In this document: piece by piece, positions 47,479 through 58,264 of the stretch | How positions within the stretch are numbered: position 1 is the first letter of the stretch | Layout of the letters: each line of letters opens with the position of its first letter | Assembly: GCA_963795085.1 (NCBI GenBank) | Contig: CAWCFX010000006.1 | Span: forward strand, 480,001 to 544,000 | DNA: 64,000 bases | DNA from: an uncultured Gemmatimonadales bacterium | Lineage (GTDB): Bacteria; Gemmatimonadota; Gemmatimonadetes; Gemmatimonadales; GWC2-71-9 | Direction of reading: 5' to 3' | Made by a program: the position numbers and the translations under genes | The notes under the pieces: model-generated | What the model saw: only the letters and a program-made list of their open reading frames with translations | The model's database searches: none | Told to the model about the DNA's origin: nothing

Positions 47479-49262
47479 CGATCATCCTGCTCGCGCTGGG
47501 AATCGGCGTGGCCACCGGCCTCGGCGAGGTCGTGCTGTTCTGGGCCCAGACCCATCTTCTCCAGCGGTTCATCTTCGTCGGCCGGGACATCACCTGGATG
47601 GCGCCGCTGGCGGAAGCAATCATCTTCCTGGGCCTGGGCCTGGTGCTGGCGCTGATCCAGCGCCTCTGGCGGGGGTTCACGCTCACGATGGCCCTGGGCG
47701 CCCTCGCCACGCTGTCGTTCCTGGCTCTCCTGATGATGTATACCCCGCTGCACAAGGGAGCCGCGCTGGTCATGGCGCTGGGACTCGGTGTGCACACGTG
47801 GCGGATCGGCCGGAAGCACGAAGCCGGGGTGCGCCGGATGGCCGCCAGGGGAACCCCGCTCATGCTGGCCATGGCCCTGATACTGGGCGCCGGCAGCCAA
47901 GGCGTCCGGGCCTGGCAGGAACACCGGGCAGTGGCGGGCCGAGGGCCGGCGGCGGCCGATGCGCCCAACGTCCTGTTCATCATCCTGGACACCGTCCGCG
48001 CGATGAGCCTCTCGGTCTACGGTTATGAGCGGCCCACCACGCCCAACCTGGAAGCATTCGCCCGTGCCGGGGTGCGATTCGACTATGCCTTCAGCAACGC
48101 GCCGTGGACCTTGCCCTCGCACGCCAGCTTCTTCACGGGCCGGCTGCCTATCCAGCTCTCCGCCGGATGGCTGAACCCGCTCGACGACCGCGACCCGACC
48201 ATCGCGGAAGCCCTGGCCGCCCGGGGATACCGTACCGCCGGCTTCGTCGCCAACACCCTCTACGGCGACACCGAAAAAGGTCTCGACCGCGGCTTCCACC
48301 ACTGGGAGGATTTCCCCGTCACCTTAGGGGAGGTGTTCCGCAGCTCGGTCCTGGTCCGCGACCTTGCCACCCGGCGGGCCGTCCGGGAACCGCTTCACAC
48401 CTTCGAGCTGCTGGGACGGAAGAAGGCCGGGGAGGTTACCGGCGGCTTCCTGGACTGGCTCGCCGGCACCGAGGGCGATCCGTTCTTCGCGTTCCTCAAC
48501 TACTTCGACGCCCACGCGCCGTACCTGCCGTCGGCGGATTTCGAGCGGCGCTTTCGGACGCCCGGCCTGGTGCACCCCTACGGGGAATGGGCGCGGCTTC
48601 GCGGAAGGCCCCAGGGGGACTCGCTGATTCCGGCGTGGGTGCAGGACAACCAGGATCGGTATGACGCGGCCATCGCCGAGGTGGATGCCGAGCTGGGCCG
48701 GCTCTTTGCGGAGCTCGAACGGCGGGGGATTCTCGACCGTACGATCGTCATCGTGAGCTCGGACCACGGGGAACAGTTCGGTGAGCACGCGGTCATGGGC
48801 CATGGCAACAGTCTCTACCTGCCGGTCCTGCATGTGCCCCTGCTGATTCGCTACCCGCGCCGGGTGCCGGGCGGGAGCACGGTCTCCCGGCCGGTCTCGC
48901 TCCGCGACATCCCGGCGACCATCACCGACCTGGCCGGCGCGAGCGGCGCCCGATTTCCGGGGCGGAGCCTGGCCCGGTTCTGGGACGGGTCGGACCAGGC
49001 CTCCGCGCCTGACACCCTGTTGATGGCCGTGGAGTACAACCCGCGGCTCCCGAAGGGCAACCCGATCGACCAGGGCTCGATGCGAGCCATCATTCTCGAC
49101 AGCCTCCACTACATCAGGAATGGAGACCGGCGGGAAGAGCTCTACCGGTTCCGGACCGACCCGGCACAGGTCACCGACCTGGCGGGCCGGGCCGCCGAGG
49201 AGGGCGCACTGGCCCGGCTCCGGGGAGCGCTCACCACCCTGGATCCGGAGACGAAGCCGTGA
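47475..49262 (+). CDS. Multi-TM sulfatase-like protein, Thr nucleophile (paralog 2)
   Basis: ATGA overlap. Motifs NVLFIILDT, WTLPSH, NYFDAHAPY and SDHGEQFG. Confidence 0.9.
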   Translation: MTIILLALGIGVATGLGEVVLFWAQTHLLQRFIFVGRDITWMAPLAEAIIFLGLGLVLALIQRLWRGFTLTMALGALATLSFLALLMMYTPLHKGAALVMALGLGVHTWRIGRKHEAGVRRMAARGTPLMLAMALILGAGSQGVRAWQEHRAVAGRGPAAADAPNVLFIILDTVRAMSLSVYGYERPTTPNLEAFARAGVRFDYAFSNAPWTLPSHASFFTGRLPIQLSAGWLNPLDDRDPTIAEALAARGYRTAGFVANTLYGDTEKGLDRGFHHWEDFPVTLGEVFRSSVLVRDLATRRAVREPLHTFELLGRKKAGEVTGGFLDWLAGTEGDPFFAFLNYFDAHAPYLPSADFERRFRTPGLVHPYGEWARLRGRPQGDSLIPAWVQDNQDRYDAAIAEVDAELGRLFAELERRGILDRTIVIVSSDHGEQFGEHAVMGHGNSLYLPVLHVPLLIRYPRRVPGGSTVSRPVSLRDIPATITDLAGASGARFPGRSLARFWDGSDQASAPDTLLMAVEYNPRLPKGNPIDQGSMRAIILDSLHYIRNGDRREELYRFRTDPAQVTDLAGRAAEEGALARLRGALTTLDPETKP

Positions 49263-51085
49263 CCAGCGGCGCCTCCCGGTCTTCAGTCTCGAGCGGCATG
49301 GTCATCGGGCTGGGGCTCTGGTTCGGGCTGGTCACCGGCCTGATGGAGGCGCTGGTGCTGGGCGTCCGCTCCTACCTGCTGGGACAGCTGGTCCACGTGA
49401 GCTGGCATTTCCCCTGGATGGCGCCCCTGGCCAACGCGGGGTTCTTCCTGTTTCCGGCCCTCGTCCTCGCGCTGGCGGCGGCGGTTGCGCCGAGGCTGGT
49501 GACCTTCCGGCTGGCCGTCTTTGTCTTCCTGGCCATGGGCGCCGCGGCGCTCCTGCTGATGTACCCCAGGATTCTTCCCTGGGCGTCGGCCCTGCTGGCG
49601 GGGGGGCTTGGGTTCCAGTTCTCCCGGACTATCGCCCGCCACCGGGTTGGCATGGAGCGGCTGGTCCGCCGTTCGCTGCTGCCGTTGCTGGGCGTGGTCG
49701 CGATGGCCGCGGCCTCCATGGCCGGATACGGCAAGTTCCGCGAACCCTACCTGCTCTCCCAGTTGCCGGCGGCGGCGAAAGGGGCTCCCAACCTCCTGCT
49801 GATCATTCTCGACACGGTGCGGGCCGCGAACCTGAGCCTCTACGGCTACCAGCGGGAGACCACGCCCAACCTGTCCCGGCTGGCGGCCCGGGGTACCCGG
49901 TTCGACCAGGCGATGTCCCCCGCGCCGTGGACCCTGCCCTCGCACGCCAGCATCCTCACCGGCCGCTGGCCGCACGAGTTGTCGGCCGACTGGGTGGTGC
50001 CGCTCGACGCAACCTACCCGACCCTGGCGGAACACCTGGCGTCCCGCGGGTACGCCACCGGCGGATTCGTCGCCAACGTGGGTTACGGCAGCTGGGAATT
50101 TGGCCTGGACCGCGGATTCAGCCGCTACGTGGACTTTCCGCTTACCCTCGCCACGATCACCGCCAGTTCCTCCATCGGCCGGCAGCTGGACCGGAACCTC
50201 CGGGTCCGGAACCTTCTCCGCACCGATCAGCACCTGGTCCGGGTGAACGCGCCCCACGTCAGCGGGGATTTTCTGGAGTGGATCGACGGACGGGGCAGCC
50301 GGCCCTTCTTCGCGATGCTCAACTTCTATGACGCCCATGGCCCGTACCTGCCGCCGGCGCCGTTCGACCGGAAATTCGACTCCGCGGGGCGCCAGGCCAA
50401 CCTGAGTCCCCTGCACCGCTACCTGGCCCGGCCCCGCCGGACGCCGCTGCCGCCCGAGGTCGTGGCCGCCGAGATCGCGCAATATGACGGGGCCATCGCG
50501 TACCTGGACCAGGAACTGGGAACCCTGTTCGCCGCGCTGGACGCGCGCGGCCTGATGCAGAACACGATCATCGTGGTTACCGCGGACCACGGCGAAGAGT
50601 TCGGAGAGCACGGCATCTATGATCACGGCAACACCCTGTACCGACCCTCGGTGCATGTCCCCCTGGTCCTGGTGGCACCGGGTCAGTCGCCCGGCGTGGT
50701 GACGTCGCCGGTCAGCCTGCGGGACATTCCCCACACGCTGGCCCGACTGGCCACCGGCTCGGGGATGCCCTTTCCCGGACGTCCGCTGAACCAGGCCGCG
50801 GGCGACTCCGTCTCTCCCCCCGTGCTCGCCGAGGTGCGGCAGGGACTCCGGACCCCCGCATGGCACCCGGTGACGCTGGGAGACATGCACTCCGTGATCC
50901 GGGACAGCCTCCGCCTGATCCGCAACGGCGACGGCAGCGAGGAGATCTACCGGGTGTACCGGGACGGATGGGAAACCAGCAATCTCGCCGCCGACTCGGC
51001 GACGCTGGCCGCCGGCCTCCGGGGGCTGTTGCCGCCGATCCGCGGCGATGCCGGCACCGCGATTCAAACAAGGAGAACGCCGTGA
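49259..51085 (+). CDS. Multi-TM sulfatase-like protein, Thr nucleophile (paralog 3)
   Basis: GTGA overlap. Motifs NLLLIILDT, WTLPSH, NFYDAHGPY and ADHGEEFG. Confidence 0.9.
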   Translation: MTSGASRSSVSSGMVIGLGLWFGLVTGLMEALVLGVRSYLLGQLVHVSWHFPWMAPLANAGFFLFPALVLALAAAVAPRLVTFRLAVFVFLAMGAAALLLMYPRILPWASALLAGGLGFQFSRTIARHRVGMERLVRRSLLPLLGVVAMAAASMAGYGKFREPYLLSQLPAAAKGAPNLLLIILDTVRAANLSLYGYQRETTPNLSRLAARGTRFDQAMSPAPWTLPSHASILTGRWPHELSADWVVPLDATYPTLAEHLASRGYATGGFVANVGYGSWEFGLDRGFSRYVDFPLTLATITASSSIGRQLDRNLRVRNLLRTDQHLVRVNAPHVSGDFLEWIDGRGSRPFFAMLNFYDAHGPYLPPAPFDRKFDSAGRQANLSPLHRYLARPRRTPLPPEVVAAEIAQYDGAIAYLDQELGTLFAALDARGLMQNTIIVVTADHGEEFGEHGIYDHGNTLYRPSVHVPLVLVAPGQSPGVVTSPVSLRDIPHTLARLATGSGMPFPGRPLNQAAGDSVSPPVLAEVRQGLRTPAWHPVTLGDMHSVIRDSLRLIRNGDGSEEIYRVYRDGWETSNLAADSATLAAGLRGLLPPIRGDAGTAIQTRRTP

Positions 51086-52728
51086 TCCGCTGGCTTCGGG
51101 AGACCGATCGAACCGCCTGGCTGCTCTTCGGGCTGGCGGTCCTGCTGTACGCGCCCGGGCTGGTGTGGGGGCTGCCCTACGCCACCAGCGAGGTCACCAT
51201 CCGGGGCTGGGATGTGGACAGCATCGCCGGCATCGGCCCGCTCTCGGAACTGCACAACCTGCTGGTGGAGCCTCGCGAAGGGTGGTATTTCGCCTATCCC
51301 CTGTTTCACTACCTCGTCCTGGGAGCGGTGTACGCTCCCTATATGGCGTTTCTCTGGCTGACCGGCGGCCTGGCTGCCCCCTCGGCAGGGTACCCCTACG
51401 GATTTGCGGACCCGGTGCAGGCCCTGGCGACCCTGGCCTTCCTGGGACGGGCGGTCAGCGTGCTGATGGGCGCCGGCACCGTCCTGGGCGTGTATCTCGC
51501 CGCTCGTACGATCTGGGACCGGCGCACCGGCATCATCGCGGCGGTCACCATGATGCTGTGCGGCCCCCTTGTCTACTACGCCCATGCCGGGAACCTCGAC
51601 GTGCCGGTCCTCTTCTGGCTATCGATGTGCGTGTACGCCGGCGCGCGAATCCTGCGGCACGGGTTGACGGTCCGCCGCGCGATGGGCTTCGGCATCCTGG
51701 CGGCGATCGCGGTCGCCACCAAGGACCAGGCCTATGGCCCCCTGGTGCCCGCCGTGCTGATCCTCATTGTGGCGCACCTGGTGGCGACGCCCGCGGGCGC
51801 CGCACGATGGCGGGCGCCGATGGCGCTGGTGCTGGCTGGACTGGTGGCCTACGCGGTGGCTAACGGAATCGTGTTCCGCCCGTCCCGGTTCATCAACCAC
51901 GTCAAGTTCCTGCTCAACTTCGAGCAGACCTTCGTCAACGTGGTGCATCTCGACGTCGTCCGGGAAAATTCGGCCCGCGGCTATCTCCTCGTCCTGTGGG
52001 ACGTGACCAAGGCGATCTACGAATCGCTGGGCCCCATCATGCTGGCCGCGGCGCTGGCCGGGATCGTGGCAACCTGGCGCGCCGGACGGGACGCCGTCAA
52101 CCGCACGTTTACCTGGCTGCTGCTGGGGATGCTGGGCGGCTACCTGTTCCTCGTGCTGGCACCGATCCGCCACATGCAGTACCGCTGGGCCATGGTGCCC
52201 GCCCTGCTGCTGGTGTTCTTTGCGGCCCGGCTCATCGCGCTGGGACTGGCGGCCGGAGGCGCCCGGCGCAGCGTGGCGTTCGGCGCCGCCGTGCTGGGCA
52301 CCGGCTGGCTCGCCGCGTGGGCCGTGGATCTCCGCTACCAGGTCTGGAATGATGCCCGGTTCGGCGCCAGCGAATGGCTCGACGCCAACGCCCGGCCGGG
52401 CGACAAGGTGGCCTTCTTCGGATCGGTGGGGCAGCTTCCCCGAATTCCCCGGAATGTGGAGCCGATCTCGATGCCGACCGATTCGACCGCCTCCGCCGCC
52501 CTGGCGGACAGTGGCGTCCGGCTGGTGCTGGTGATTCCGGATTACTCCAGCCGGGGCATGCTGGACCGAAGCCAGTACCTGCCGCTGGCCACCTACCGGC
52601 AACTGCAGGATGGCAGCCTCGGCTTCACCCGGTCGGCGCACTTCAGGACCAAACCGCTGCTGGGCCGCGAACTGTACAACCTGCCGATCGTGAACCCGCA
52701 GGTGCAGATCTTCGAGCGGACCCGGTGA
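51082..52728 (+). CDS. GT-C fold glycosyltransferase (GT39/PMT_2/ArnT-like)
   Basis: AAGGAG RBS and GTG 51082, more than 10 TMs, an acidic first external loop (WDVDS), YPLF, ATK, RW and a C-terminal soluble domain. Confidence 0.8.
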   Translation: MIRWLRETDRTAWLLFGLAVLLYAPGLVWGLPYATSEVTIRGWDVDSIAGIGPLSELHNLLVEPREGWYFAYPLFHYLVLGAVYAPYMAFLWLTGGLAAPSAGYPYGFADPVQALATLAFLGRAVSVLMGAGTVLGVYLAARTIWDRRTGIIAAVTMMLCGPLVYYAHAGNLDVPVLFWLSMCVYAGARILRHGLTVRRAMGFGILAAIAVATKDQAYGPLVPAVLILIVAHLVATPAGAARWRAPMALVLAGLVAYAVANGIVFRPSRFINHVKFLLNFEQTFVNVVHLDVVRENSARGYLLVLWDVTKAIYESLGPIMLAAALAGIVATWRAGRDAVNRTFTWLLLGMLGGYLFLVLAPIRHMQYRWAMVPALLLVFFAARLIALGLAAGGARRSVAFGAAVLGTGWLAAWAVDLRYQVWNDARFGASEWLDANARPGDKVAFFGSVGQLPRIPRNVEPISMPTDSTASAALADSGVRLVLVIPDYSSRGMLDRSQYLPLATYRQLQDGSLGFTRSAHFRTKPLLGRELYNLPIVNPQVQIFERTR

Positions 52729-54494
52729 AATCACTCCTCCGGCTGGCCGCCTGGTTTGCGCTGGCCGCGGGCCTCGTCGAAGCCGCACTCCTGGTGGCGC
52801 ACGGGCGACAGATTCACGGCTTCATCTACCTGAGCCCTCACCTGGTGTGGATGGCGCCGGCGATGAACCTGGTCTGGTTCGGGATGGCCGCGCTGCTGCT
52901 GGGAGGCCTGGGCCGGATCCGCCCCTCCTGGAGCTCGCCGCGCGCGGCGATCTTTGCATTCACGTTTCTGGCCGCCCTCGCGATCCTGCTCCTCCCGTCG
53001 CAGCTGCATCGCCTCGCCGCGGTGGTGATCGCGCTGGGCCTCGCGGCCCAGGCGACCCGGATGCTCACCCCGCGGCTGGACTGGTTCGCCCGCCTCACCG
53101 CCCGCACGCTTCCGCTGATGGCCGCGCTCGTCGTGCTGGCGCTGGCGGGCACGGCCGGCTGGAGCGCGTGGCGGGAGCGCCGGGCCGTCGGGGCCCTGGG
53201 TCCCGCTCCTCCGGGAGCGCCCAACATCCTGCTCATCGTGCTGGACACTGTACGCCGCGCCAGCCTGAGCCTCTACGGCTACGAGCGGCCTACCTGGCCG
53301 CACATGGAGCGGTGGGCCGCGCGGGGGGTGCGATTCGACCACGCGTTCGCCACGGCCTCGTGGACGCTGCCCTCCCACGCCAGCATGTTCAACGGCCGGC
53401 TGCCTGGCGACATGAGCGCGGGATGGTTGGCCCCGCTCGACGATGCCCACCCGGTGCTGGCGGAGCGGCTGCAGGCCGCGGGTTATGGCACGGCGGGCTT
53501 CGTCGCCAATGTCCTGTACGGCAACCGCAGTTTCGGGCTGGGCCGGGGATTCCTGCGGTACGAGGACTATCGCATCTCGCCCGGTGAAATGCTGGTCAAC
53601 TCTTCCCTGGGCCGGGCGCTCTCGGAGTGCCGGCTGCTGCGCCGGCTGACCGGATGGTACGATATCGCGGGCCGCAAAAGCGGCCGGCAGGTTACCAACC
53701 GGTTCCTGGCCTGGCAGGCGCGGCAGCGGGACCGCCCCTGGTTCGCGTTCCTGAACTATTTCGATGCCCACCAGCCCTACCTGCCCCCGGCCGAACTCGC
53801 CGGCGCGTTTGGGCCGGTGGATGACCGGAACTTCGGCCTGCTGGAGCTTCGCCCCTACATGGGCAAGCTCGAAGCTGCCGAAACGGCGCTGACGCCGGCG
53901 CAGGTGGAGTCGGAACGGAACGCCTATGAGGCCACGCTGGCCTACCTGGACCGGGAGATGGACCGGCTGCTCGGCGAACTGGAACGGCGGGGCGACCTGG
54001 AAAACACGATTGTCGTGATTACGTCCGACCATGGCGAACAGTTCATGGAGCACGGGCTGTTCGACCATGGCAACAGCCTCTACCGGTACGCAACCGAGGT
54101 GCCGCTGGTGATGATCGGCGGACCGGCGGCGCCGGGAGGGGTGGTGACGGAGCCGGTGTCGCTTCAGCACCTCCCGGTCACCCTCCTCGGCCTGGCCGGG
54201 GTGGACCGGACCGGTTTCCCCGGCACCAGCCTCCTGGGCCAGGACCGTAATGGGGCGCCCCCGCCGCCGGTTATTTCGGAGACCCGAGGCCCGGGTCTCG
54301 ACCGGCGATTCCACGCGGTGGTGGCCCAGGGGTATCATGCCGTATGGAGCGCCGATTCCGTGGAGTTGTTTGACTTCGGCGAGGATCCCGGGGAACAGAT
54401 CAACCTGGCCCGGAGCCCGGCTGGCGCCGCCACCCTGATCCGGCTCAGAAGTTTTCTGGACTCGGCCATCGCGGGACGGCGAGGAAACCCGTAA
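52725..54494 (+). CDS. Multi-TM sulfatase-like protein, Thr nucleophile (paralog 4)
   Basis: GTG 52725 overlapping the upstream stop. Motifs [24 protein letters not shown] and SDHGEQF. Confidence 0.9.
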   Translation: MKSLLRLAAWFALAAGLVEAALLVAHGRQIHGFIYLSPHLVWMAPAMNLVWFGMAALLLGGLGRIRPSWSSPRAAIFAFTFLAALAILLLPSQLHRLAAVVIALGLAAQATRMLTPRLDWFARLTARTLPLMAALVVLALAGTAGWSAWRERRAVGALGPAPPGAPNILLIVLDTVRRASLSLYGYERPTWPHMERWAARGVRFDHAFATASWTLPSHASMFNGRLPGDMSAGWLAPLDDAHPVLAERLQAAGYGTAGFVANVLYGNRSFGLGRGFLRYEDYRISPGEMLVNSSLGRALSECRLLRRLTGWYDIAGRKSGRQVTNRFLAWQARQRDRPWFAFLNYFDAHQPYLPPAELAGAFGPVDDRNFGLLELRPYMGKLEAAETALTPAQVESERNAYEATLAYLDREMDRLLGELERRGDLENTIVVITSDHGEQFMEHGLFDHGNSLYRYATEVPLVMIGGPAAPGGVVTEPVSLQHLPVTLLGLAGVDRTGFPGTSLLGQDRNGAPPPPVISETRGPGLDRRFHAVVAQGYHAVWSADSVELFDFGEDPGEQINLARSPAGAATLIRLRSFLDSAIAGRRGNP

Positions 54495-54569
54495 TTCGAT
54501 GTGGCAATTGGCGTTGGCCCGATTCTCGCCATACCGGTCTGGCTCCCCCGGCTGGCCGGCCGGAGGCCC

Positions 54570-54597
54570 TTGAAACCGCTGTTGACGCGCCTAAACT
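54570..54597 (+). promoter_or_regulatory. Candidate internal sigma-70 promoter for paralogs 5-6 and cysN/cysQC/cysD
   Basis: TTGAAA-16 bp-TAAACT in the only non-overlapping gap of the array. Confidence 0.5.
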
Positions 54598-54623
54598 GAT
54601 CCACTGCCCCGGAGGTCTGCCGC

Positions 54624-56474
54624 ATGGCGGCCACAGGACAACAGAACCAGTCTCGATTGCCCCACCTGCTGCTGCTCACCCTGTGGCTGGCCCTCGTATC
54701 GGGGCTGGCGGAGGGAGGGTTCCGGCTATTCCAGAAATTCGTCCAGGGCAAGCTGATTCTGATGAGCCCCCATGTCATCTGGATGGCCCCCGTGGCCGAC
54801 CTGGTCTGGATCGGGATGCCGGCCCTGCTGCTACTGCTGGCACGCCGGGTCTGGCCCGGCCGGGTGAGCGCAGGCTTGGTGCTCGGCGTGCTTTCCGCGG
54901 CCGCGCTCCTGCCCCTGGTCCTGCTGTACACTTCCATGCACAAGGCGGTGGCGGTGTTCCTGGCCGCGGCCCTGGGCTTTCAGGCGGCCCGGCTGCTGGC
55001 GCCACGGCTTGAGGGGCTGAGCCGGGTGGTCCGCCGCACCGTCGTCCCGCTGGCCCTGCTTGCGGCCGTGGGCGGTGTGACCATCGCCGGAATCCGGACC
55101 TATCGGGAACGGCAGACCCTGGCCCAGGCCCCCGCGCCGCGCGATGGAGTCCCCAATGTCCTGCTCATCATCTGGGACACCGTGCGGGGCCAGAGCCTGA
55201 GCGTCTACGGCTACGATCGCCCCACCACGCCCTATCTCGAGCAGTTTGCCCGCGAGGGCGTCCGCTTTGACCTCGCGATGAGCACCGCGCCGTGGACCCT
55301 GCCCGCTCACGGCAGCATGTTCACCGGGCACCGGCCGCGCGACATCATGAACAGCATCTTCCGGCCGCTGGTGGACAGCTTCCCAATCCTGGCCCAGGTC
55401 CTGACCGACCAGGGCTATGCGACGGGAGGCTTCGTGGCGAACATGGCATACACCTCCCGGGAACACGGGCTGGGCCGGGGCTTCGCGCGCTACGAGGACT
55501 ACACCATCAGCTGGGGCAACGTGCTGCTCTCGTCCCGGCTCGGTTTCGTCCTGGCGGACCAGGCCTGGATCCGGCCGCTGGTCGGCAGCTGGAACCAGCC
55601 GGCCCGCAAGGACGCGGCGCTCATCAACCAACAGTTTCTGGGGTGGGCTGAAGGCCAGGACCGGCCCTTCTTCGCGTTTCTCAATTACTTCGATGCCCAC
55701 CGGCCCTACGTCTCGGTGGAGCCGTACCGGTCGCGCTTTGTACGGGACAGTTCGGGCCGCTACCACCCCTGGCTGGAGCATGTGGAGTTCAAGGACCTCA
55801 CCGAAGCGGAGATCCGCTGGGCCAACGACGAATACGACGCCACCATCGCGTACCAGGACGAGCAGGTTCGCCTTCTGATGGAGGAGTTACAACGGCGGGG
55901 GCAATTGGAGAACACCCTGGTGATCATCAGCTCGGACCATGGCGAACACTTCGGTGACCATCGGCGGATGGGGCACATGAACTCCCTCTACCGTTCCCTG
56001 ATCCAGGTGCCTCTGCTGATCCGCTATCCCGCCGGCATTCCGGGTGGTACGGTCGTGCGCCCCCCGGTAAGCCTGCGCGATATCCCGCAGACGGTGCTCG
56101 ACCTGGCCGGGCTGGCCGGCCGGGACCGGTTCCCCGGGGCGACCCTGGCCCGGTTTTGGGACCCGGCCAAGGCCGACCCCAACCGGGCTGAAGAACCGGT
56201 GCTTTCGGAGATCGCGACCCGGAAGAACCGGGGTCCGTATTCGCTGATGCAGGGAGATTATCATTACATCGCGTGGCAGGGGCAGGACAAGCCGGAGGAG
56301 CTGTATCACCTCGCGAATGACCCCTTCGAGGAAGGCACCGTCGCAGCCCAGCCGGAACTGGCGGACATAATCCGGAGCTTCCACGATTGGAGTTACCGGC
56401 TGATGGGCAACCAGGTCTTCGAGAAGCGGAATGCCCCGGCAGCCGAGGCCGACGAAGGGCCGTTGCCCCAGTGA
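54624..56474 (+). CDS. Multi-TM sulfatase-like protein, Thr nucleophile (paralog 5)
   Basis: GGAGG RBS. Motifs NVLLIIWDT, WTLPAH, NYFDAHRPY and SDHGEHFG. Confidence 0.9.
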   Translation: MAATGQQNQSRLPHLLLLTLWLALVSGLAEGGFRLFQKFVQGKLILMSPHVIWMAPVADLVWIGMPALLLLLARRVWPGRVSAGLVLGVLSAAALLPLVLLYTSMHKAVAVFLAAALGFQAARLLAPRLEGLSRVVRRTVVPLALLAAVGGVTIAGIRTYRERQTLAQAPAPRDGVPNVLLIIWDTVRGQSLSVYGYDRPTTPYLEQFAREGVRFDLAMSTAPWTLPAHGSMFTGHRPRDIMNSIFRPLVDSFPILAQVLTDQGYATGGFVANMAYTSREHGLGRGFARYEDYTISWGNVLLSSRLGFVLADQAWIRPLVGSWNQPARKDAALINQQFLGWAEGQDRPFFAFLNYFDAHRPYVSVEPYRSRFVRDSSGRYHPWLEHVEFKDLTEAEIRWANDEYDATIAYQDEQVRLLMEELQRRGQLENTLVIISSDHGEHFGDHRRMGHMNSLYRSLIQVPLLIRYPAGIPGGTVVRPPVSLRDIPQTVLDLAGLAGRDRFPGATLARFWDPAKADPNRAEEPVLSEIATRKNRGPYSLMQGDYHYIAWQGQDKPEELYHLANDPFEEGTVAAQPELADIIRSFHDWSYRLMGNQVFEKRNAPAAEADEGPLPQ

Positions 56475-58264
56475 ACGGCCAGCCCTCGCGCGGGGCAGCC
56501 CCGCCGATCCCCATTCTGTTCCTGGCTCTCTGGCTGGCACTTGCCGCCGGGGTGGCGGAGGGACTGGTCCGGCTGACCCAGAGCCTGGCGTTCGGAAAGG
56601 TGATCGGAGTCAGCCCGCATATCATCTGGACCGCTCCCCTGGCGAACCTGGCATGGATCGGAGTTCCGGCGCTGCTCCTGGCGGGCATGGGCAGGCTCCT
56701 GCGCTGGCCAGGGCGCCAGAGAATCACGGCGTTTGTGCTGGTGGGCCTGGCCGTCAGCAGCCTGGCTCTGCTCTACCCTTCCATGCACAAGGCCGTCACG
56801 CTGTTCCTGTCCGCGGCGATCGGGTGGAAGCTCTCCGGGTGGATGCTGGGATCCCCGCGGTTCTCCCGGCTGGCCCACCGGAGCGTGCCGATGCTGGTCG
56901 GTGCCGCGGTGCTCGGCGGGCTGCTGATCGCCGGATCCCGCCGGCTCCACGAGCGGCGACTCCTCACGGCGGCGCCGGCGGCCGGCCTGCCGAACGTGCT
57001 GCTGATCGTCCTCGACACGGTGCGAGATGAAAACATGAGTGTTTCGGGATACGGCGTCTCGACCACGCCGTTCCTGGAGCGATTCGCCGCGGAGGGGACC
57101 CGTTTCGAACGCGCCATGTCGACCGCCCCGTGGACCCTGCCGGCCCACGCGTCCATGTTCACCGGGCGATTGCCCGCCCAGCTGAAGGCCGCCTGGCGGA
57201 CGCCGTTGCAGCCCCGTTTCGCCGTGGTGGCCGAGAGCTTCGGCCAGGCCGGGTACCGGACCGGCGGGTTCACCGCCAACATGGCCTATACCACCCGGGA
57301 ACACGGCCTGGCCCGGGGTTTCGGACGCTACGAGGACTATGACCTGTCCCCGGTCGGGATCCTGGCCAGTTCCCGGATGGGGCGGCTGATTACCTATCTC
57401 AAGCCGGTACGGCGGGCGCTCGGATTCTGGGATATCCCCGGACGAAAAACGGCAGAGGACGTCAACCGCGATTTCACGGACTGGATGGAGGACGGCGGGG
57501 CGCGTCCGTTCTTCGCGTTTCTCAACTATTTCGACGCGCACCAGCCCTACCTGCCGGAGGAGCCGTATCGGAGCAAGTTCGTGAAGCCGACCGGCCGGCC
57601 CTACGAGCCGACCCCGGAGGGGGCGCCCTTCGACCAGATGACCGCGCCGGAGATCCAGACCGAGCTGGAGCACTACAACGCCGGCATCGCGCAGGAGGAC
57701 GCCGCGCTGGCGGCGCTCATGGAAGATCTCCGGCGGCGCGGCCTCCTCGACCGAACCCTGGTGATCATTACGTCCGATCACGGTGAACAGTTCGGCGAGC
57801 ACCGCAAGATGGCCCATGGCAACAGCCTGTACCGGCAGGTCCTGGAAGTTCCGCTCCTGATGCGGCTGCCCGGGGCGGTGCCCGCCGAACTGGTGGTTGA
57901 AGAACCCGTGAGCATCGCCGATCTGGCCCGAACCATGCTCGGCCTGGCCGGACAGGCCGATACGGCCCGTTACCCCGGTGCGTCGCTCGCCAGATTCTGG
58001 GAGGCTGGTCAGGGTGCGGTGCCGGAGGCGCCGGTCGTGAGCATCATGTACGGCCCGGGTGGTTCCGCCTGGTCGTTCATCGACGGTGAGTATCACTACT
58101 TGCACTGGTTCCGCGAGGACCCGGAACTGTACGCGCTGGACGACGAGCAGGAAACCCGGAACCTGGCCAGCGCGCCGGGCATGCAGGCCCAGCTGGATCA
58201 CTTTGCCAACCTGCGGGCGTCCTATGCCCGCCAACTGTCCGACCAGGGGAGATCATCGCAGTGA
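56471..58264 (+). CDS. Multi-TM sulfatase-like protein, Thr nucleophile (paralog 6)
   Basis: GTG 56471 overlap. Motifs [24 protein letters not shown] and SDHGEQFG. Confidence 0.9.
   Translation: MNGQPSRGAAPPIPILFLALWLALAAGVAEGLVRLTQSLAFGKVIGVSPHIIWTAPLANLAWIGVPALLLAGMGRLLRWPGRQRITAFVLVGLAVSSLALLYPSMHKAVTLFLSAAIGWKLSGWMLGSPRFSRLAHRSVPMLVGAAVLGGLLIAGSRRLHERRLLTAAPAAGLPNVLLIVLDTVRDENMSVSGYGVSTTPFLERFAAEGTRFERAMSTAPWTLPAHASMFTGRLPAQLKAAWRTPLQPRFAVVAESFGQAGYRTGGFTANMAYTTREHGLARGFGRYEDYDLSPVGILASSRMGRLITYLKPVRRALGFWDIPGRKTAEDVNRDFTDWMEDGGARPFFAFLNYFDAHQPYLPEEPYRSKFVKPTGRPYEPTPEGAPFDQMTAPEIQTELEHYNAGIAQEDAALAALMEDLRRRGLLDRTLVIITSDHGEQFGEHRKMAHGNSLYRQVLEVPLLMRLPGAVPAELVVEEPVSIADLARTMLGLAGQADTARYPGASLARFWEAGQGAVPEAPVVSIMYGPGGSAWSFIDGEYHYLHWFREDPELYALDDEQETRNLASAPGMQAQLDHFANLRASYARQLSDQGRSSQ

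Noticed and set aside
45658..58264. Annotation as ordinary arylsulfatases for sulfate scavenging
   Set aside because: All six lack C/S-x-P-x-R, and Thr is not a known formylglycine precursor. The context is biosynthetic. Hydrolase activity is unsupported, though not excluded.
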